In this document: piece by piece, positions 58,650 to 64,000 of the stretch
Position numbering within the stretch: the first letter of the stretch is position 1
Layout of the letters: every line of letters starts with the position of its first letter
Assembly: GCA_002437945.1 (NCBI GenBank)
Contig: DJSB01000048.1
Span: forward strand, 5,114 to 69,113
DNA from: Christensenella sp. UBA6345
GTDB taxonomy: Bacteria; Bacillota; Clostridia; Christensenellales; UBA1242
DNA: 64,000 bases
Direction: 5' to 3'
Position numbers and translations under genes: made by a program
The notes under the pieces: model-generated
What the model saw: the letters and a program-made list of their open reading frames with translations, nothing else
What the model was told of the DNA's origin: nothing
Database searches by the model: none

Positions 58650-61600
58650 TTATTTATTTATTATTTCGTACAATACTTTTAATAAATTTTTTATATTTTT
58701 CATATTTATCAACAAATTAGCATCATTATTTATTGTAATTATTGGTAAATTTTCTAAATTTAATACCATATCATAGTTGCTATTGCTCATAACTTGTGTA
58801 ATAGCATTAAGCAATGATGGGCTAGAGTTGTTAAATGTAATTGATGTAGATTTAGTACCAATACTTATCTTTCTTATATCTAAACCCGCACACGCATTCT
58901 TTATAACAGCGACATACATTAAGTTAACCACTTCACTAGGAACACTTCCAAAATTAAATTCAAGTTTTTCAATATATTTAGATACATCTTCTTCACTAGT
59001 AAGTTTGGCTATTTCAGTATATATCTCTATGCGATTGGAAGAATTCTCGACATAATAATTAGGTAAATTAGCATCAAAATAGCAATCAATCTTCACATCA
59101 TTCAACTGATTAATAGACTGTCCTTTTGATTCTTTTAATGTCTCGTTAAGTAGACTTAAATACATACTATAACCTACACTTTCAATATGCCCGCTTTGTT
59201 CGGCACCAAACAAACTACCTGCGCCCCTAATTTCTAAATCGCGCATAGCAATTTTGTAACCATTACCTAGTCCACTATACTCTACTATAGCACCTAAACG
59301 TTTATAGGCTTCTTCAGTTAATACTCTATTTTTATCATACATAAATACTGCATAACCCTGCCTATCACTTCTACCTATACGTCCTTTTAACTGATACAAT
59401 TGTCCTAGTCCCAACATATCGGCATTATTAACAATTAAAGTGTTGGCACGTGGTAAATCAACACCATTTTCTATAAGTGTAGTACTTATTAAGATTTTAG
59501 TGTCGCCATTATATAATTTCAATATTGCTTTTTCTAAACTTCTTTCATCCATCTGACCATGTGCAATATCTGTAGCAATATCATCGCCAATTAATGACTT
59601 AATATATTTTGCATACTCGTAGATAGTCTCTACACGATTATAAATAATGAGTACTTGTCCATCACGTTCAAGTTCACGATTAATAGCACTAACAACCACG
59701 CTATCATTGGCTTCTGTTACGGTAGTTATTACAGGGACTCTACCACATGGCGGTGTACCAATAATACTTACATCTTTTATACCTATCAATGCACTATGTA
59801 AGGTACGTGGGATTGGAGTAGCGGACAAAGTAAGTACATCAATATTAGTCTTAAACCTTTTAATTTTTTCTTTATGTTCTACACCAAAACGTTGTTCTTC
59901 ATCAAGAATTAACAATCCTAAATTTTTAGGTTTAACTTTTTCACTTAAAAGTTTATGTGTACCAATTAAGACATCTACATTACCATCAAGAAATTCTTGA
60001 AGTATTGATTCACACTCTTTATTGGTCTTAAATCTATTAAGGACTTCGCACCTTACACCGAAAGATTTAAGTCTAGATTCGAAAGTATTGAAATGTTGCT
60101 CTGACAGTATTGTCGTTGGACAAAGAACCATTACTTGATAACCTGCCATAACTGCTTTAAATGTGCCCCTAATAGCGACTTCCGTTTTGCCATACCCGAC
60201 ATCACCGCAAATCAATCTATCCATTACACGAGTGCTTTGCATATCATTTTTCATATCATTAACTGCCTTTTCTTGATCAGCAGTTAGTGAATACGGACAA
60301 GCCTTTTCAAACTCCAATTGAATCTCATCATCTTTTGGAAAACATATACCTTGAATTTGACTGCGCTCGGCATATAATCGTTTAAGGTCAAAGGTAAGTT
60401 GACGTATACCTTCTCTAACTTTTTGTTTGGTCTTTAAAAATTCGGTACTGCCTAATTTATTAAGACGCGGTTTTTCTCCACCGACATATTTAGAAATAGA
60501 ATCAATATTTTCTACTGGCAAAAATAATTTATCATTATTACGATATTCAATTTCTATATAATCTTTTTTAGCATTCTTAACATTAAGTTGGGTTATACCA
60601 ACACACTTACCTATACCATATGTCGAATGTACTACATAGTCTCCAACTTCAGGCATAAATATATCATAATTAGTACTTACTGTTTTATTAGTTTTTACTT
60701 TTTGTTTTTGTGTTTTTAATCCAATAAAAATCAATTTATCTTCATCAAAACAACAAGATAGACTACTACTTTTTAAAATAAGATTAATACTATTTTTTTG
60801 TACTTGACTAAACGAATTAATTATTTGCGTAGACACATTTTTAGGTAAAAACATATCGCTTAATTTATTAGCCAATTCTTTATTCTCGGCATAAATAATC
60901 ACAGTATATCCCAACCATATTTGTCTAGCCATATCATTATACAATGTCGACTTATTATAACCATAGTTTAATTGTGGCGTAGTAGGAATAGAAAATACTG
61001 CATGTGGCTTAAAAATGTTATTAGCATTATTAATATTCTGGAAGGCTACAAGTCCACACTTAAGTGTACTAAAATCAAATAATTGATTATCATGAAAATA
61101 AAAATCTCTATGTTTTTCAGTAACCAATCCTTGTTCAAAATTGTCTTTAAATGTCGACTTATTGTCAGAAAGTGCTTCAGTTATAGCATTAAGTATTAAT
61201 TTAGGATTATCAAACACAACTAGTTGATTATTTAAATAATCAAGTATGGAATGTGTATAATCATCACAATATACTTTTGCCCAAACTGGCATAACACCCA
61301 TATCTAACTGTGAATTAATATCTAGCATAATACTATCAAAGTTGTATTCGGCTTCACGATTATCATACTTGGGTCTAGGAATATCAACTGCTTGTTGGGT
61401 TAAAAAATTAACACTATAAATATCAACTATATCTAATTCATCTACTAGTTGTTGGGTATCAGGATTATATGATTTAATAAATTCAATTTGGTCATCAAAA
61501 AACGATATTTTTATAGGATACTCGCTATTGATGGGATATATCATCAACATATCGCCTTTTATACTAAATTCCAACGACTCATTAACAATATCATCTCTTT

Positions 61601-62054
61601 TATACCCCATACGTATAAGTTGTCTAGATAAGTGTTGTATATCATACGACTTACCTACTTCTAGACTCATAATTGAATCTTTAATACTATTAACGCAAGG
61701 TAACTTGTCCAATAGAACTTTAGGTGAAATTACCACATAATCAACATTACCAGTAATAACATCTTGAAGTGTTTTTAATGTATTAACCTGTGACACAGAA
61801 GAAAATTTAGAAACATCAGTTTCTAAATTATTTATAAGTAAATCAACTGACTTGCCTTCGTCACAAAGTGTTTCGTAATAACTTACAGCATCGTCATCGC
61901 TTACCGCAACAATAAGTTTGGTTTCGCTAAATTGATCCAATATTAAAATTTTTTCGTGTCGTCCTACACCGAATACACTTACAGGAATATGATTGTCTAT
62001 ATTAGTCAAAAGCCTATATAAATTACTCGATGGGGAAATAAGATTTTTTAACAT
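58650..62054 (-). CDS. mfd: transcription-repair coupling factor (1134 aa)
   Basis: CarD/RNAP-interaction domain GDYVVHSTYGIGKCVG, Walker A GDVGYGKTEVA, DEEQRFGV box, SATPIPRTL and QLYQLKGRIGRS helicase motifs. The ATG shares one nt with the pth stop (TAATG at 62052-62056). Confidence 0.97.
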   Translation of the reverse strand: MLKNLISPSSNLYRLLTNIDNHIPVSVFGVGRHEKILILDQFSETKLIVAVSDDDAVSYYETLCDEGKSVDLLINNLETDVSKFSSVSQVNTLKTLQDVITGNVDYVVISPKVLLDKLPCVNSIKDSIMSLEVGKSYDIQHLSRQLIRMGYKRDDIVNESLEFSIKGDMLMIYPINSEYPIKISFFDDQIEFIKSYNPDTQQLVDELDIVDIYSVNFLTQQAVDIPRPKYDNREAEYNFDSIMLDINSQLDMGVMPVWAKVYCDDYTHSILDYLNNQLVVFDNPKLILNAITEALSDNKSTFKDNFEQGLVTEKHRDFYFHDNQLFDFSTLKCGLVAFQNINNANNIFKPHAVFSIPTTPQLNYGYNKSTLYNDMARQIWLGYTVIIYAENKELANKLSDMFLPKNVSTQIINSFSQVQKNSINLILKSSSLSCCFDEDKLIFIGLKTQKQKVKTNKTVSTNYDIFMPEVGDYVVHSTYGIGKCVGITQLNVKNAKKDYIEIEYRNNDKLFLPVENIDSISKYVGGEKPRLNKLGSTEFLKTKQKVREGIRQLTFDLKRLYAERSQIQGICFPKDDEIQLEFEKACPYSLTADQEKAVNDMKNDMQSTRVMDRLICGDVGYGKTEVAIRGTFKAVMAGYQVMVLCPTTILSEQHFNTFESRLKSFGVRCEVLNRFKTNKECESILQEFLDGNVDVLIGTHKLLSEKVKPKNLGLLILDEEQRFGVEHKEKIKRFKTNIDVLTLSATPIPRTLHSALIGIKDVSIIGTPPCGRVPVITTVTEANDSVVVSAINRELERDGQVLIIYNRVETIYEYAKYIKSLIGDDIATDIAHGQMDERSLEKAILKLYNGDTKILISTTLIENGVDLPRANTLIVNNADMLGLGQLYQLKGRIGRSDRQGYAVFMYDKNRVLTEEAYKRLGAIVEYSGLGNGYKIAMRDLEIRGAGSLFGAEQSGHIESVGYSMYLSLLNETLKESKGQSINQLNDVKIDCYFDANLPNYYVENSSNRIEIYTEIAKLTSEEDVSKYIEKLEFNFGSVPSEVVNLMYVAVIKNACAGLDIRKISIGTKSTSITFNNSSPSLLNAITQVMSNSNYDMVLNLENLPIITINNDANLLINMKNIKNLLKVLYEIINK

Positions 62055-62608
62055 TAATTAATCCTAATTTTTTCTACATTACCCTTGTTAACTATAAACT
62101 GTCCTATTACATCTACTGCCTTATCAAATGCAGGTTCAAGCAGAGTCATATTCTCATCACTAACTCGACTTAATACATAATCGGCTAGTCCCATACGCAC
62201 GTCTCTACCTATGCCTATTCTTAAACGTGGAAATTCGGTACTACCTAATTCGGTCACTATACTACGCATACCATTATGAGTGCCAGCACTACCATCTTTT
62301 CTTAATCTTAATTTACCACAAGGCAAGTCTATATCATCATAAACTACTAGTATCTGACTTAAGTCAAGTTTAAGCATACGAACAAGTTTTGATACACTAA
62401 CACCACTTGCATTCATAAATGTAGAAGGCTTAAGAATAATTACTTTTTCACCTTCATACATTCCTTCTGCTATTACTCCATCAAACTTGTTTTTATTGAA
62501 ATTAAATCCATACTTATCTGCAAAACGAGTCACTGCCATAAATCCCATATTATGGTAAGTGCGATCGTATGCTGTTCCTTTATTACCCAAGCCTATAATT
62601 GCTATCAT
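62054..62608 (-). CDS. pth: peptidyl-tRNA hydrolase (184 aa)
   Basis: MIAIIGLGNKGTAYDRTYHNMGF (GLGNPG...Y..TRHN.GF signature) and GSAGTHNGMRSI (G.gGHNG.kSi). Confidence 0.95.
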   Translation of the reverse strand: MIAIIGLGNKGTAYDRTYHNMGFMAVTRFADKYGFNFNKNKFDGVIAEGMYEGEKVIILKPSTFMNASGVSVSKLVRMLKLDLSQILVVYDDIDLPCGKLRLRKDGSAGTHNGMRSIVTELGSTEFPRLRIGIGRDVRMGLADYVLSRVSDENMTLLEPAFDKAVDVIGQFIVNKGNVEKIRIN

Positions 62609-62661
62609 TGGTATACCCCTTAAAATTATTTATTTTAGTTTAGTATTTTTCAACATAATTG

Positions 62662-63258
62662 TTAAGTTATTTTGGGTTTATAATACCCCAATTTATTGGT
62701 TTGACGACTACGTGCAATTGCCAAACAATGTTTTGGCACATCATTTGTTATTGTACTACCCGCTGCTATAAAACTATGATTTTCAACATGAAGTGGCGCA
62801 ACAAGGTTAGAGTTAGAACCAATAAAAACGTCATCTCCAACCACTGTTTTTTGTTTAATTACACCATTATAATTGCAAAATACTGTACCACACCCCACAT
62901 TAACTCTCTTACCTATTTCTGCATCTCCAACATAAGTTAAATGTGCCACTTTGCTATCATTATCTATAATGCTTTGTTTTGTTTCGACAAAATTGCCGAT
63001 ACGTACATTATCTCTTATATCACTACCACGACGTAAGTGACTATATACACCAATACTTACATTATTGAATACTTTACTTTCTTCAATTGTACTATATTTA
63101 ATATCACAACCATCATGTATTGTCGAATTACTTATATCACTACCCAGTATTTTAGAAGCACCAATAGTACAATTGGTTAAACGATTAAAGTCAAGTATAT
63201 GTGCATTTTCACCTATTGTAACACTATATTCTTTAGTAGAAATATTGTTTGTAGACAT
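62662..63258 (-). CDS. glmU: stand-alone GlmU C-terminal domain: left-handed beta-helix glucosamine-1-phosphate N-acetyltransferase (198 aa)
   Basis: Strong match to the acetyltransferase half of GlmU as I recall it for B. subtilis: HLRRGSDIRDNVRIGNFVETKQSIIDNDSKVAHLTYVGDAEIGKRVNVGCGTVFCNYNGVIKQKTVVGDDVFIGSNSNLVAPLHV...AAGSTITNDVPKHCLAIARSRQ. Own SD: TAA-AGGAGAAAT-ATG. Confidence 0.85.
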   Translation of the reverse strand: MSTNNISTKEYSVTIGENAHILDFNRLTNCTIGASKILGSDISNSTIHDGCDIKYSTIEESKVFNNVSIGVYSHLRRGSDIRDNVRIGNFVETKQSIIDNDSKVAHLTYVGDAEIGKRVNVGCGTVFCNYNGVIKQKTVVGDDVFIGSNSNLVAPLHVENHSFIAAGSTITNDVPKHCLAIARSRQTNKLGYYKPKIT

Positions 63259-63267
63259 ATTTCTCCT

Positions 63268-64000
63268 TTAAAATATTGAATTAAAACTTTCTATAGTTGT
63301 ATTCTTGCCAATTTTTGCTTTATTAATTGTATTATGACTTTTTATAGTGCAATTATCTTCAATAAGTGTATTTTCTATAACATTATACGGAAATACAATA
63401 CAATTACTTCCGATATTGGTATTAGTAATGGTTGAATTAGCAATTACACTATCTACTCCTATTACACTAGAAGTGATGTTATTACCATCTTTAAGTATAA
63501 CATTTTTATGTATATAAGTATCTTTGCTTAATGTATTAAATGGATAAATTGTTACACCATCTTCAATATTAACATAAGCATTAATTACTATAGTATCTGG
63601 ATTAATAAACTTAACCCCTTTACGTGCAAAATCAACTATTATACGTTTACATATAACTTCTGTAGCATAATCCAATTCTTCTGGGCTTTCAACTTTTAAA
63701 AACTGACTACCATCTCCATTAAAAGTAATTGGGTCTTTAATACTATTATTAATATAATATTGTGTTAAAAACGCACAGCCATATGGAAGTTGAATATACT
63801 TTTCTTCTCTTAAAATCAAATAATCCAATATTAAATCTACATTTTCTTTAGTTAATAACGGATTAAATGAATACAAAACTAAAGTATATTTACTCTTGTT
63901 ATTGATATTATTGAGAATATTTTCTCTTTCACTTACAGATTTATCATATCTCACAACAGTAACATTTTTATCAGATACACTATCTTTTACCCAATCAACT
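63268..64000 (-). CDS. GlmU N-terminal-like protein (degenerate nucleotidyltransferase region, linker and first LbH turns); 5' end outside the window
   Basis: The ORF-track start (63954) is a GTG. The frame stays open to 64000 (...VDWVKDSVSDKNVTVV-V-RYDKS), so the gene continues upstream. LKVESPEELDYATEVICKRIIVDFARKGVKFINPDTIVINAYVNIEDGVTIYP matches the GlmU linker/LbH start. The GDxPLL uridyltransferase motif reads YSFNPLL, and the region after it is about 60 aa shorter than in B. subtilis GlmU. Confidence 0.6.
   Translation of the reverse strand, partial: VDWVKDSVSDKNVTVVRYDKSVSERENILNNINNKSKYTLVLYSFNPLLTKENVDLILDYLILREEKYIQLPYGCAFLTQYYINNSIKDPITFNGDGSQFLKVESPEELDYATEVICKRIIVDFARKGVKFINPDTIVINAYVNIEDGVTIYPFNTLSKDTYIHKNVILKDGNNITSSVIGVDSVIANSTITNTNIGSNCIVFPYNVIENTLIEDNCTIKSHNTINKAKIGKNTTIESFNSIF

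Noticed and set aside
62052-62056. One-nucleotide overlap of the pth stop and the mfd start (TAATG) as a special recoding site
   Set aside because: This is ordinary translational coupling between adjacent operon genes. No slippery sequence or downstream structure suggests frameshifting.
1-64000. Alternative genetic code (e.g. TGA=Trp as in Mollicutes), given the very low G+C
   Set aside because: rpoB, rpoC, mfd, pth and both giant genes read through at full expected length with the standard code in the supplied track, so no recoding is needed.

Overview
This is a 64-kb, visibly AT-rich chromosomal segment (roughly 30% G+C by eye, not computed) from a low-GC Bacillota-type bacterium using the standard genetic code. 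A SpoIIID homologue with a sigma-E-like promoter and a SpoIIQ-like degenerate LytM protein suggest an endospore-forming, Clostridia-like lineage. All genes but one are on the minus strand.

Gene order in transcription direction (high to low coordinates):
- a GlmU-like gene split into two ORFs
- pth and mfd
- a PrsA-like foldase lipoprotein
- a flippase-like membrane protein, convergent with the plus-strand polysaccharide deacetylase
- two unknown proteins
- a SpoIIQ-like M23 protein
- an orphan acpP
- spoIIID
- two tandem giant genes, 32044-50019 (about 5,991 codons) and 8211-31427 (about 7,738 codons)
- a stand-alone rpoB-rpoC operon
- the 5' end of an unknown gene

The main finding is the giant gene pair, which takes 41.2 kb (64%) of the window. 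Both genes encode lipobox-anchored, colinear paralogous mega-proteins. Each is built from Ig-like (Big_2-type) arrays and 6-7 reiterated modules of head motif, GLUG-type repeats (GG[ILV][ILVA]G) and tail motif. The larger protein also carries a CxxC-x23-CxxC zinc-ribbon-like insert and a C-terminal array of Listeria-Bacteroides (Flg_new-type) repeats. I saw no catalytic motif, sortase signal or dedicated secretion genes.

Several consensus sigma-A promoters and clear rho-independent terminators define the transcription units. I saw no rRNA, tRNA, CRISPR array, transposase, integrase or phage genes. All family assignments come from motif recognition by eye and need HMM or structure confirmation.
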